Shown: one piece after another, positions 39,326 to 51,711 of the stretch
How the letters are laid out: each line of letters starts with the position of its first letter
Numbering within the stretch: the stretch's first letter is position 1
DNA from: Geosiphon pyriformis uo1
Taxonomy: Eukaryota; Fungi; Glomeromycota
NCBI GenBank assembly: GCA_016748015.1
Contig: JAAOMT010000718.1
Coordinates: 620,001 to 684,000 of the forward strand
Direction of reading: 5' to 3'
DNA: 64,000 bases
Made by a program: the position numbers and the translations under genes
The notes under the pieces: model-generated
The model's database searches: none
What the model saw: only the letters and a program-made list of their open reading frames with translations
What the model was told of the DNA's origin: nothing

Positions 39326-42300
39326 ACAAATACTCTTTGTTTCCTTAATTTTATGACCATGACCAGAGCAAAGAGTAAAAAAGCTGCACCTGATATCTGT
39401 TCTGAGATATCTAATAAAATTTCAACCAAAGGAGCTCTCTTTGTTGTAGAAGCAACTAGGCAAAACGTTTTAGAGGCCTTTTTTTTATCTAGTAATCATA
39501 ATAAGCTGCCTTTGATAGCCACTGAAGCAACTTCCTCATCTTTGGCTGGTTTCTCACCAGTCAAAGTTTCCTTAAAGAAACACACTTGGGTTAGTCCCAG
39601 TATTGCCTTTACCCTGACTAAGAGTCCAAAAGTTTTTAATAATAGACCAATAAATAAGCTGGTTTTTCCCTTTATAGATTTAATACCTGGTGCTTCTAAC
39701 ACCATCTCTTTAAAAAAAATAGTCAAAAAAACCAAAAGTTCAGAAAAGTGGGGGCAATCACTTGCTTCTGCTATTGTTACACCAAACCCTTTTGTAGTTC
39801 CAAATGAGATTTTAGATGAGATCCCCATAGCATTATCTGGCACATTGTCCAAGATGGGCCAAGATTAACCACTGGCTGTGTTGCCAAATATGGTATCTTC
39901 TGACAGATCATTGCCAGTTTTAGAAGCAAAACAATTTCCTTCTATTGGGTTATCTGTTCTTGAGAATTGGGCTGATCAAATAGAGACTGAATTATCTTCT
40001 TCTCTAGTTTCTGGTGCTATTTCTGGTGGTGCTTAGGAAACTATTGCTAGTCATCAAAGGTTTGCTGAGTGAGTGGTCTTCACTCTGGTGTCTGATATTA
40101 CTTTTAAGATTAAATTAGCTTATGTTAAGGCTCTTTTTCAGTCAGTACATGGTTTTTTGAATGCAAAGTCAGTATCAAAAGACAATGTAAAGCTGTTTTG
40201 TGTAGAATTTGCTTCTCAAGTGTCTTTGGAAGCTGCATTTTTAGTTGAGCTTGCAAGCTCCGTACATTTGGCCACTTTCAAAATTGCCAAGTCTTTGGTG
40301 ATTTCTGAGTCTGGTTCCCTTTCTGCTGCTGTTGCACTGCATGATATGCCCTTGGGTGTGTCTACTGCTAACATTAAAATGGCTCTCAGTGTGTTTGGTA
40401 GTGTTACTCGTGTTGTGCTGAAGTCTACTGGTATTTGGCAGTATGTGGTGGTTTATTTTGAAAAGTTGAACTCTGCTGTGTCTGCTTTGAATTATTGGTC
40501 TGTCTTGGTGGACAAGAATAGTGTTAGAATCCTCTCTCTGGTGAATCAAAATGAGACTATTTTGTCTTGTGATAAGTTTAAGACCAAGTTGGTCAATCTT
40601 TTTTCTAAATGCACAGCTTTTGAAATTAGTAATATGATTTCTTAAGTTGGTAGTTAGACATGCTTTATTTTTTGTTCTCCTGAGTCTGGTCATTATTTTC
40701 GGTTTGCTCTGATTATATTTGGTTCTCAAGCTGATTTGGATTCTGCTGTTGTCAAAACTGGTACACTAAAGAAGTGCCGTATTTGGTGGGAAACCTCTGG
40801 TTATCAGCATTGTTTTAAGTATCAAGAGTTGGGTTATCTAACTGCTGATTATAAGGTTTCTTTGCCTCCTTCTCTCAAGTCTCCTAAGATGTTTACACTC
40901 CGCTGTTACGGTTTAAGAATTTAGCAAAAAGAATCATAAAAATAATACAAACTATTCAATCATAATATAGCACAGTAATAATCTTAGAAAGGTAATGATT
41001 AACATAGTAGCAAACACCATCTCGCGATAGTGGCAAGCACCAGTTCACAATAGCAGCCAACACCAACTGGTGATAGCAGCAAGCACCAGGTTGAAATATN
41101 NNNNNNNNNNNNNNNNNNNNNNNNNNNNNNNNNNNNNNNNNNNNNNNNNNNNNNNNNNNNNNNNNNNNNNNNNNNNNNNNNNNNNNNNNNNNNNNNNNNN
41201 NNNNNNNNNNNNNNNNNNNNNNNNNNNNNNNNNNNNNNNNNNNNNNNNNNNNNNNNNNNNNNNNNNNNNNNNNNNNNNNNNNNNNNNNNNNNNNNNNNNN
41301 NNNNNNNNNNNNNNNNNNNNNNNNNNNNNNNNNNNNNNNNNNNNNNNNNNNNNNNNNNNNNNNNNNNNNNNNNNNNNNNNNNNNNNNNNNNNNNNNNNNN
41401 NNNNNNNNNNNNNNNNNNNNNNNNNNNNNNNNNNNNNAGAAAAGCGCTAAAGACCATTAACATTCTGTGTTTCTAGATTAGAGAAACACATCAGGCAATT
41501 GCAAGGATAGCCTCAGAGAAGACCCCAGACAGTGGGTAGATTTCAGTTCAGCCTCTGAGAAGGAGTACATAAACACACACAACAATCAAGAATTAAAGAA
41601 TAACTTACATCGCAACAGTAAAAAGAAAGCCTTCAGTGTAACAGTGACATTATCACACAAATAGAATTGAGGAACTCACGAAAGACTGATTGCAATTAAA
41701 GCGGGATATCAGCAATTAAATATAACAAGAAAACCATCCCGTAACACCGCTTTGTTGGTTTTATATTTTATGCCAAAGCTTCTGCTCTTTTGAGCTCATC
41801 TGGATTTCCACTTCTGTCACTTTTTGTCTTTTCTTTGGTTGTTGTTAGTAATTCCATGATGCTATTCTGATTGTTTTCTTTGAAGTCTGATTTAACTAAG
41901 CTTTCTGCTTTGGTTGAGTCTATTGTTAAGCCAGTTGGTTCTTTGGTTAAATTGTTTGAACAATTTATTAATAGTGATCTGGTCTCAAGCAGCAAACTTG
42001 GTCTTAAAATCAATGAAGTTATGATGTATTTGGGTTTCTTTAGTAAAATTGTTGGTAAGTTGGAGAGAGAAGTGGTTTCTTTGAAGAACGAGTATTACAT
42101 GAAAGATATAAACATGTTTGGTGATTTAGAGCACCCAGTTGATTTGGATAATGAAGTGTTCTCTAATTTGATGTCCCTTTGGGAACATGAATCTGTTGAT
42201 GTTAAATCTGATGGCTTGAAGACAACTGAATGGCTGGTTGAATTGGTTCTTTGTAGTGTTACCTTGTTTTCTGTTGTTCAAAAGATGTCAGCTTTGGGTA

Positions 42301-42450
42301 AGTTTTCTTCAAGAGCTTCAACATAGTATAGTTTAAACTGGCTTGAGTAGCTGGTTACATATAGAAAGCGCATAAACCACATTTAATTTAAGATCCTGCA
42401 TAATCATATTGTATTAGATAGTGGTTGGGTCTTGTTCATTAAACTTAATA
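39326..42450 (+). mobile_element. ORF1-only non-LTR element (HAL1-like) with LINE-type 3' UTR
   Basis: One 709-codon frame (39353-42326 after removing the LTR insert) with RRM-like segments, a degenerate CCHC and a coiled-coil end. Its stop is followed directly by the LINE 3' UTR motif. No ORF2. Confidence 0.75.
40904..41746. mobile_element. Solo LTR, family C (contains N-gap)
   Basis: Perfect 8-bp inverted termini TGTTACGG...CCGTAACA; TSD CCGC; removal restores the host frame. Confidence 0.85.
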
Positions 42451-43073
42451 TATAATTAAATATAATAATCATATTATAAAATTATTTAAACTATATAACA
42501 TTTAAAAAATTGTCAAAATATTTAAAAATTTGCTAAAATATTTAATAATTTATTAAAATAAGGTGTAGCTTATTAAATATATATTTAGTTTATTAAAATA
42601 ATAACCAAAAAAATGTTAAAACTCAAAATAATATTATAATAAAATATATAAAAAATAATTTTTTAAAAAAAAATATATTTAAAAATATTAATTACAAATT
42701 AACAAAATAAATTTTTATTTTTAAAAACCCAAAACCTTTTTTATAATTTTATTATTTTGAAATTTATAATTAATAAAAATATTTTTTTTACTTTTATATA
42801 TTATTAAGAAGTTTATAATCAAAACTTTTTGTTAAAATTTGATTTTTATTACATATTATTAAATTTATAATTAAAAATTATTATAAAAAAATTAACTTTT
42901 ATTATAAAGTAATTAATTAAGTAATTAATATAAAATTAGTTATTTTATTATAAGTTTAATAATATAAACAATCTAAAGTATAAAAGATAATTTAAAAATA
43001 AATTAACTTATTAATAATAAAACATAATTTAATATTAATAATATTAAAAAAAATAACAAAAATTTTAATAATA

Positions 43074-44440
43074 ATATTTTTATTTGCTGTTATTATTTTG
43101 TAAAATATATTTAAAAAATATTTTTGTTGTTAATATTAAAAATGCTTTTAATGTTTTTGGTAATATTTTTTAAATTATATTAAAGCTTATTAATATTTAT
43201 TTTAAGTTTTTGATATAATTATAACTATTTTTGCTTATTAATTAATTTTAATAATAAAAAATTATTGTCTTTAAAATTAATCAATTGAATTTTAAGTTTA
43301 TAATTATATTTATTTTATTTTTTAATTTTTTAATTTTTTTTAATAATTAAAGTATACTATTATTATTTTTGGTTTTTAAAAAACTTAAATATTATAATTG
43401 TTAAAATTAATACTTTAAAAAAAATTATATTTGATAAAAAATATTTAATTATTAACAATATTTTAAATATTAAAATTTTGATTATATAGTTTTTATTCAA
43501 ATTTGTAATTAGTTTTAAAGTTTTTAAATTTTATTTTGTTAATAAAAAATTTTATGTTGAAACTGTTATTTTTTTAGTTTTTTTTATGATTAATATTGTT
43601 GTTAATTTTATAATTAATTTTAAATTAATATTTTTAGAAAAATTGTTGAAAATTTAAGTAAAAATATTATTAATCTTAAAATAAATAGTTTTTTTAATAA
43701 TAATTTCAAGTTTTTATTAATAAAAATATTTTTGTTAAAATAATAGAATTTTAAAAGTTACAAATTTTTAATATTAAATTTAATACCAATAAAATTGTTA
43801 TATAATTAACTAATTTATTTTTAATAGTAATAATTTAATTGTAATTATATATAAAATAATAGGTTTAAATATGTTTATTTTTTGTAAATTAATGTAATTT
43901 AGTTTAATTTGAATTTGAATTTAATTATATTTAAAAAATACATAAATCATGTTTAATATAAAATATTTTATGATTATATAATATTAAATAATAATTAGAT
44001 TATATATTAAACTAAAAATTATTGTATTATTTTTAATTTTTATTAAAAAAATGTTTTTTTTGTTTATTGTTATCAAAGTATAAATTATTAATATTTACAA
44101 AATAATCAAATTTTTTGTTTTTAAAAATATTTGATATATAATTATTTTTATTTAAATATATTTGTATTTGAATTTAGATTTTATTAAAAATTATATACAT
44201 AATTAAATTTAAAGTTTTTATATAATTTATATATTATTGTTGGTTTTATATAATTATACAAATTTTATAATATATTTATTTAATTTTAATTTATTATATT
44301 GTTAACATAAAAATTAAATATTATGCATATAATTGTAATTAAAAACAGCATTATAAATAAAATGAATTAAAAAATATTAAAATTAAATTTTATAACTTTA
44401 TATAATTATTTAAAGTTTTTTAAGTTATTTTAAATTGTTT
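43074..44440. other. Nearly pure-AT block, probably terminally decayed TE sequence
   Basis: G and C are very rare; abrupt change to normal composition near 44440. Confidence 0.6.
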
Positions 44441-44578
44441 CTTGACCAATCAGCGATTAATAAAACTATATGTATTTTAGAAAACTTTTTTCAAGATCGG
44501 CACCAAAATTTTTTTACGCGTCATTCGAATTTACAATAAGATCAAAGAAGGATATTTTAAATTCCCTTTTATACTAGG

Positions 44579-46792
44579 ATGCCCTTTCTCATTCATTTTC
44601 ATTTAAATTATCTTCCGTTCCTTAATTCAACTTATAAACCTTGTAAGAGTGGAATTTATCACTTCACATGGAGACTTATATGTCAAAAAGAACCAATCAA
44701 ACACGGCGCTAGCCGCACTGTTTGGACTACACCGTTTGCTTTAGCCCCAGGACAACGACATGTGGCCAGAACCAGCCGTACTAGCCGAGCAGAATCTTCA
44801 CATAATCGCACACTAATTCATGGTAAAAAAAGGGTAGGAAAACAATCGGCAACATCTTCAAGATGGGGAAGTGGCTCCAGCACTAGAGGAAGGCCTGAAA
44901 CCCACAATCGAAAGGACGAGCGTTTAAGAATTTCTTCTGAACGTAGGCAGACATCCCATTTAGAGAACGGGAAGCCGACCAAAATTATTGAATCTTGGAA
45001 AAAAAAAAGAGTGATTGAACCGATAGGCATTTCTTCTGAGATGAAAAATAATTATATTTCAAGTGATAAAGGTGAAATTGGAAATTCCAGGAAAAATATA
45101 AATAAATCTTTTGACGCTCAACTTAATAATGGGCGAACCTATGCATATGAAAAGAATGCCCATGTTCAAAGATCAAAAAATCCCTCGTTTGCAGGTAAAG
45201 ATGAGTCAGCAAAAAATAAATATGAGAAAGAATTCCCCATTCCTCCTAAAATTTATGAAAAAATCAAAAACAAGATCCCAATTTCTGTTAGACCCACACA
45301 GCTCCCCAAACTGGCACGATTTTTCTCTAAGAGAAAACCCACACCCGTGTCCAAAAAGACTCGTGGTTTTATTCCCGCAAAGTTCAAGCTATTGCCCATT
45401 AAAAGCGATCTTAGACAAACAAATCTTCGCCTCAAAGGCTCATACCAGTTAAGCGATATGGATGAAAGTCCACTTACAAAACTCAAAAATCGAGATATTG
45501 AGGAGATGACTATTCGTACCAATATATCCTCTTTTGAAGGGATGGGTTTGCTTCCAGAAGTCTTAGAGGCCGTAAAAAAAATTGTATTGAAAAATATTAA
45601 GGATCCGAAACCAACCGAGATTCAAGCGTTGGCAATTCCAGAGATTATAAAAACTGATGAAAAGGATTTTCTGTGCGCTGCTGAAACAGGCTCCGGTAAA
45701 ACATTAGCTTATTTATTGCCAATTATTAATAAATTAAAAGTCCAAGAGAAATCTGAGATCAAAGAGAAATCAGTCCATGATGAAACCCCTGCTTCAGAAA
45801 ACTTCGAAATTCTTCCAGATTTTGAAACACCAACGTCCAGTAGAAAAGTGCAACCTGTCCGCCGATTGAATAGGCCACGTGCTATCGTTCTCTTACCATC
45901 ACGAGAATTAGTTGACCAAGTTCATTTCATTATGAAGCAGCTATCTGTTAAAGCAATACTTCGTACAATAAGACTTACGTCGCACATGTATAGAAACAAT
46001 GTAAGACGCGAATTGGACCACCCTCCCGACATGGTTGTAGCGACACCTGCAGGTATCCTCGAATATACCAAAAATGGGATTTTATCTTTTGCCGATACCC
46101 GTTACGTTGTCGTTGATGAAGCAGATACAATGTTCGAACCTGGATTTGAGGAAGATGTTAAAGAAGTTATTACAAATGTCAAAAATTCCTGTAGAAATCA
46201 GAACCGTCAATGCCAAGTAATCGCTGTTTGTGCTACCTTACCCAAAACAATAAATCAAGCAATTAGCCAAGAATTTCCAAATATGATAAAAATCTCCACA
46301 TCATCCCTTCACAAAACCCTTCCAAAGTTGAGACAGACCTTTGTTGACATGCATCAGTTTAATTCTAACAAGCATTTAGCCCTTTTGGACCTCCTGAAAA
46401 ATAATCGTGAACAATGCATAATGGTGTTTTGTAATACGCGCAAATCTGCCATGAATTTGGAAGCGTTTCTCCTCACTAGAAAAATTCCTGTCATCGGATT
46501 GTATAAAGATGTTGAAGGACGCGAAGAAAAATTGAAGATGTTCCGTTCCTCTGATCCGGACGCAAGAATTTTAATTTGTACCGATATTGCATCTCGGGGA
46601 ATTGATACCACTTTTGTCCAACATGTAGTACTCTACGAATTTCCCACAACAGTGGTTGATTATTTACATCGTATTGGACGTACAGCGCGAGCAGGAAAAT
46701 CTGGGCAAGTCACTTGCTTCATCACAAGAAAAGATCGGACTTTGGCGGACCGAATTAAAAGAAATGTTAGAGATAATAAAGTATTAAGTTAG
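44579..46792 (+). CDS. MRH4: DEAD-box RNA helicase, mitochondrial MRH4/DDX28-like (737 aa, single exon)
   Basis: PTEIQ, CAAETGSGKTLAYLLP, PSRELVDQ, DEAD, TDIASRGID, HRIGRTAR; basic N-terminal extension. Orthology is inferred. Confidence 0.85.
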   Translation: MPFLIHFHLNYLPFLNSTYKPCKSGIYHFTWRLICQKEPIKHGASRTVWTTPFALAPGQRHVARTSRTSRAESSHNRTLIHGKKRVGKQSATSSRWGSGSSTRGRPETHNRKDERLRISSERRQTSHLENGKPTKIIESWKKKRVIEPIGISSEMKNNYISSDKGEIGNSRKNINKSFDAQLNNGRTYAYEKNAHVQRSKNPSFAGKDESAKNKYEKEFPIPPKIYEKIKNKIPISVRPTQLPKLARFFSKRKPTPVSKKTRGFIPAKFKLLPIKSDLRQTNLRLKGSYQLSDMDESPLTKLKNRDIEEMTIRTNISSFEGMGLLPEVLEAVKKIVLKNIKDPKPTEIQALAIPEIIKTDEKDFLCAAETGSGKTLAYLLPIINKLKVQEKSEIKEKSVHDETPASENFEILPDFETPTSSRKVQPVRRLNRPRAIVLLPSRELVDQVHFIMKQLSVKAILRTIRLTSHMYRNNVRRELDHPPDMVVATPAGILEYTKNGILSFADTRYVVVDEADTMFEPGFEEDVKEVITNVKNSCRNQNRQCQVIAVCATLPKTINQAISQEFPNMIKISTSSLHKTLPKLRQTFVDMHQFNSNKHLALLDLLKNNREQCIMVFCNTRKSAMNLEAFLLTRKIPVIGLYKDVEGREEKLKMFRSSDPDARILICTDIASRGIDTTFVQHVVLYEFPTTVVDYLHRIGRTARAGKSGQVTCFITRKDRTLADRIKRNVRDNKVLS

Positions 46793-47117
46793 TTAATGTA
46801 ATCATCTATATTATCGCTTAGTGGTAGAGGGGATTCTTAATATCGTGCTGTGGAATAAAATGTAATAGACTTGGAACAAGCACGAACACATTATCATAAA
46901 AATAATATATTATTTGGGATGTTGAAATGGGTCAAAATGCTTGAACGTTGTATATACATAAAAAATTTTCTGGCTTTATTTACAAATCGACGGGTTGCCC
47001 AATCCTATTATTTTCCTTTTGTTTAACGACCACCCAATTATATAAAAAGTAAGTATATAATCCAGCATTATATTCTTAACTCTATTCTACTTGCGCCCTT
47101 TTTTATGCAACGTAGTC

Positions 47118-49142
47118 TCAAGCGTCCTCAAACTTCACAGAGAATGCAATAACAGTGCAATCATCGTAACGTCCTTGATCTTTAGCAAATATCCTCATAG
47201 GATCTTCTAACCGATCGCACAAAGACACAGCAAGCTCCCTCAGTGTATCAGGTGATGTTGTCAAGTTTTCGACGAGCATAGAAGATGAAGCAGATTGATG
47301 TATGAGAGCGCGCGGAGTCGAAGTACAATTTTCTTCTTCTGAATCTGAGGCTGAGGAAACAGAGGATGAGGTGCCAGATGTACCAGAGGGAGATGTTGTT
47401 AGTTGATAATCCATCTCTTGGTACATGAGGTCCCCCAAATATTTTGCCACTTTTCGCAAAAACTCTGGCATTTTGACCATCAAATGATCCCATAGACCAT
47501 CAGGTGCCATGATTCCTAAGTATTCTACCCCCGATTCTAAAATTACGAATTCAACATCTGGTTCACATGGAAACAGTGGTGGATCGAGCTTGAAATAAAG
47601 ATCACCCATTGTATCACCAATATTTACTGATTGGTCTTCAGGTAATCCGTAAGAATTTGTATATCCAGGCGGGCGAGCAACGCGGGCTCTTTGCAAACTG
47701 GGATATGTTTTTCCCGATGAAAAAGATGTTGATGTTAATGAGTGTGAGTAGTTAGGTGAGGGTTGAAGCACTTTTGTCTTGATTAATTTTTCATTTTCTT
47801 CCCGACGGAAAACACCCCCATTTTTATATATATGGTAAGCTTTCTGCGGATGCCCTGGTGATTGATCTGTTGATTGATAAATCAAATCTAATTTTATTTT
47901 TGTGTTTTTAGAAATATGTGTTTGCTGAGTTTTGCATAATATAGTTTTTGAATCTCCAATGTTCGAAACAATAGCAACTCCATCGAACAAGACAACTATT
48001 ATTAAAGTAGAGCCTTCATCTGCCAATGTTGGTTCTGGCTGTCCTATTGCCACCCACTCCGAGAATTTTCGTTTTTGAGAAGCTAAAAATTCATGATCAA
48101 GTGCCTTCAACATATCACGAATCTTGTTACGAAATAAATGCTGATCTTTAAAATCTCGAAAATCCCAGCTTGGTTCCGAATTCAAAACCTCCCGGACGTT
48201 GTCTGGAACTATATGACAAAAGTGTTCGGCCGCTTTTGCACCACCATGACCATCCGCCAGGACAAATATATTATACTGTGTTTGTGAAGGCAAATGAATT
48301 TGTTCGTTAACAGAACGTGGTACATTAAACGCATCTTCAATGACCGGATGAGTAGATTTTGCGGCTCTTTTACTACGACGACCGAGAGTTTCCCACCCTT
48401 GCTGTTGTGTAACGGCATAATTAATCAAAGCCGGACCAATTCGCTTTTTTTTCTGCTGATGATTATGGTGGTGGAGGTGATGATTATGGTTATGATGAAG
48501 GTGCTGGTGTTGTTGCTGCTTAATCCAATAACATGAATTTTCAAAAGTAGCTATATCGCTGTCAGAAGATATTGTCTCCGCATACAAATCACTGCCCCAA
48601 TCAGCACTTGTTGGCGTTGCTTCGCTATCCTGCGAGGCGGCCTCCACAACTGATTCCTCTGGTATGGTTACTCGGAGATTCGGTGAAATAGGTGGTTTAG
48701 ATTCGGACGAGATTTCTAATGAGTCAACTTCCATGTCATTAATGCCAATTTCACGGTTCGTTATTGTTTGACCGCTATTTTGTTGAAGGTCAGCCAGATT
48801 CATCAGGATAAGCTGCTGCGGATTTTCTGCGGAACTTGCAAGCGTGCAGTAAAAGGGTCTTTTAGGAAAAATGCACTTATGATATCTTATTGTGGTCTCA
48901 ATAAAAGACTGCTTAAAGGGAGCAAGTTACGAATAGAATGAGATTTGCAAAGAAAAAAGCTCTGCAAGTTTTAAATACCTTTCAGACGAATTTGCCAAAG
49001 GGAGAGAATCAGAGTCGTCCGTGTCAGAATCAATTACTATTATTTCCGCGGCGGGGTTTAGAAAGCCATTGCTTCGCACTCGCTTTCTTTGAAGCCTTAA
49101 AGACCTTCGAGGAGCTTGTGGAAAATTTCTGTTTCTGGGCAT
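47118..49142 (-). CDS. Divergent PP2C/PPM-family phosphatase (2 exons predicted, 634 aa)
   Basis: IEDA, ADGHGG, NIGDS, PDGLWD, DDCTV. A GT-AG intron at 48978-48859 joins exon 49142-48979 in frame to the 47118-48803 ORF. Confidence 0.82.
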
Positions 49143-49441
49143 GATTGCAGACACTTGAAATATCCGATAAATTTTTGAATGATACTTCTTGACACAGAAT
49201 AAAGGTCAAACTTCTTAGAATCACATTATAGTGTAAGTGTAGATTTTATGTTTGTTAGAAAATACATTTTGTCCAATCAAAATTTCGCGCGCTGATTTAT
49301 GAGTCACTGGTATGGTATTCGTGATTTTGGTTGTAACCACCGGGATTTTATAGTATTAGGTCTGCAAGCTTTTAGAGTAAAATATAATCGATAATGATCA
49401 CTGGAGTAATTAATACAAAATTCTAACTAATTTAGCATTTG

Positions 49442-51711
49442 TCATTTCACTTCCTCAGCACTAATCTCATCGAGGATTTTCAACAATGTTTCTGGTTTCT
49501 TGTATCCCAAATGGCCACTAGTGAATTTGGTCACATCTACATTTTCAACTCGGGGAAAATTTACAGCTTTGAGTCCAGCAACATTTAAATCCAAAGAATG
49601 CATTCGATAAACTATTGCAAGTATTAAATCGTTTGTAGCATACGCATTTATGATCCGACGGGAAACAACCGTGGATGCAAACTTCCATTGATCTGTAGAA
49701 CCTGCTGAAATAGGTGCTCCAATTAAGATGACTGAAACCAAGATATAACAAAATCAAATAATTTAGGTTGATGAAGTAAATTTGTAAGAGGAAAATTGTC
49801 TGAGGTTTATTTGATATGATAACTCTTACCAGTATCAAGCAATCCATATTCTTCCCGCCTTGCGAGCTCTTGCATACATTCCCAAATCACCAACGCACCC
49901 ATTGAGTAACCAATCTGATAAAAAAATTTGAAAATTCAGATTAAAAAAGAAAATTTAATTCAGAAAATTTCTAAATTAACCTACCAACACCGTTGGTCTC
50001 TTGCCTTGGACACGTTCTATCAATACGTCGGCTAATACCAATCCTGCTTTGACAGCACGATCAGCACTTAGAGCCCAGGGGTTGTCGATTAGATCACCTG
50101 CTTTCATTAGAGTCGCCGGCAAGAAAAGTGCACTTGTCAATAAACCAAAGACTGTGCGTTTGATAACTTCATCAGCGGCCATTTGAACCGCCTTTTCTGC
50201 GAGAAATCTTCGAAAAGCTTTTCCTAATGATAAAAGTATTTCCGGGTCAAAACTCAAAGCAAACGTATCGTGATATATGTTTGTATTTTGAAAACTGGGA
50301 AGCCATGGTGTAGTCACTTCATTAGAACTCTCAAGAAGATAACCCGAAATAACTATATTAAGCTATATAGTGATATAACATCAACGGTTTATAAGAACAT
50401 AAAACGATGTAGAACAATCAAAGTAAAATATTAAATTGAAAAATGCATACGTAAAGAGAGGGAACTGGGGTCAAGTCTTGAATTGGATGAATATGAGTAA
50501 ATGAAAATTCTTTCAAGCTATTTGTCCGTTTACGCATTTTATATCCTAAAATAACAAAAAACATACCTTTGAGAACCATGTATTTCATAATAACAAACAA
50601 TTTTACGAGTTAATAAAAGAAATCTAAATACCAGTAAGACCTCCCCCGGCAACCCCAAACAAACTAGTGATCAACACGAGACTAGAAGCGGTGAAGAAAA
50701 AACCACCAGTTATCGTCCCTAAGGCGATCGCGACAAATGGAGCAGCTTTACCGAAAAAAAGTTCGCTATTATCTTTCTATAAATCCTGAATTAAACAAAA
50801 AGAACATCCAAAAGTTGAGAACTCCTCACCTAATCCCCCAGTGATGCCAATTGCTGTCGCACCTACAACAACACCAATACTTGTAGCCAACCATCGCCAT
50901 CTCTGTTTGCGCTTATCATGCTTATCTAGAGTTTCATTTGCAATATCCTGCAATTTACCATGGACTTCATTGCTACCCTCCTGAGCTTCATGCTCTTGTT
51001 GAAACAAATATAGTTGGTGTGCCATGGCATTTTCAAACATTAATACCTTTTCTTGCGAAAAGCTAAGATAGGAAGCAACCCTAAATAAAATTGCTCTAGC
51101 TCTTGAATCGTACTCGGCTGGTTTTATTTGAGGCGGCTGCGAAGATTCAGTGGATGTTGAGGAATTACTACTAATTTCTACGACATTTGAAACCACTTTC
51201 TCCAATCTATCTTTCAGATTCATTCGTCCCGGGGAAGATGAATTTTCAACATAAGGTTTCTCAAGAATTTTGGGTGAAAGACCAATACACACTAAGAGTA
51301 AATCTGACATTATTTCAGAACAAATGTCTTTTTTCTCGTTATTTTCGACATTTTGGGGGACTTTGAAAGAATCGCATAAAGTTTTTATAACTTCCTGATC
51401 ATTATTTCCTTTAAGCATTCTGAGAATTGAGTCTTTTTCTAGAAGCATAGACGCAAAGAACTGAGCCTTAGTGCTATGCAAACTGACTTGAAAAATGTCC
51501 CTTTCAAATAATTACCTCTTGGGTTTTGAATGCTCAAATGCTCAAAAATGGCTGACATGAACGTCTGTCGGAATATTTTTTCTTTCTCATTTTTAGACCA
51601 TGATATTGTGTTGACAACATGAGAGCAAAGTGCTGCAACGTTAAAGCGTTGTTCGATTGACCAAGAATCACTAAAACATGGAATTGCAAGTTCTTCTCGG
51701 AGTTTAGGCAT
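49442..51711 (-). CDS. DUF726 / TMCO4-like alpha/beta-hydrolase membrane protein (multi-exon)
   Basis: YDSRAR, RWRWLATSIG..GITGGL, LIDNPW..RA.KAG.VLAD..QGKRP.VLV, YSMGA, VILIGAP, VENVDVT..GHLGY. Confidence 0.88.

Larger units (their letters stand above)
39209..43073 (+). mobile_element. Extremely decayed family A-like solo LTR, split by the ORF1-only element
   Basis: 39209-39325 and ~42451-43073 are colinear with the LTR once C>T/G>A changes are allowed; flanks ATGT / ATAT. Confidence 0.7.

Noticed and set aside
4712-41437. Long ORFs spanning N-runs (for example 5481-6239, 10583-11685, 40999-41463)
   Set aside because: Artefacts of assembly gaps.
42450-44440. AT-rich block as an organellar insertion or centromeric satellite
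   Set aside because: Its first part aligns to a decayed LTR; no organellar genes or periodic satellite unit are visible.
44444-44521. CCAAT and ACGCGT motifs upstream of the helicase
   Set aside because: Single short motifs, not distinguishable from chance.
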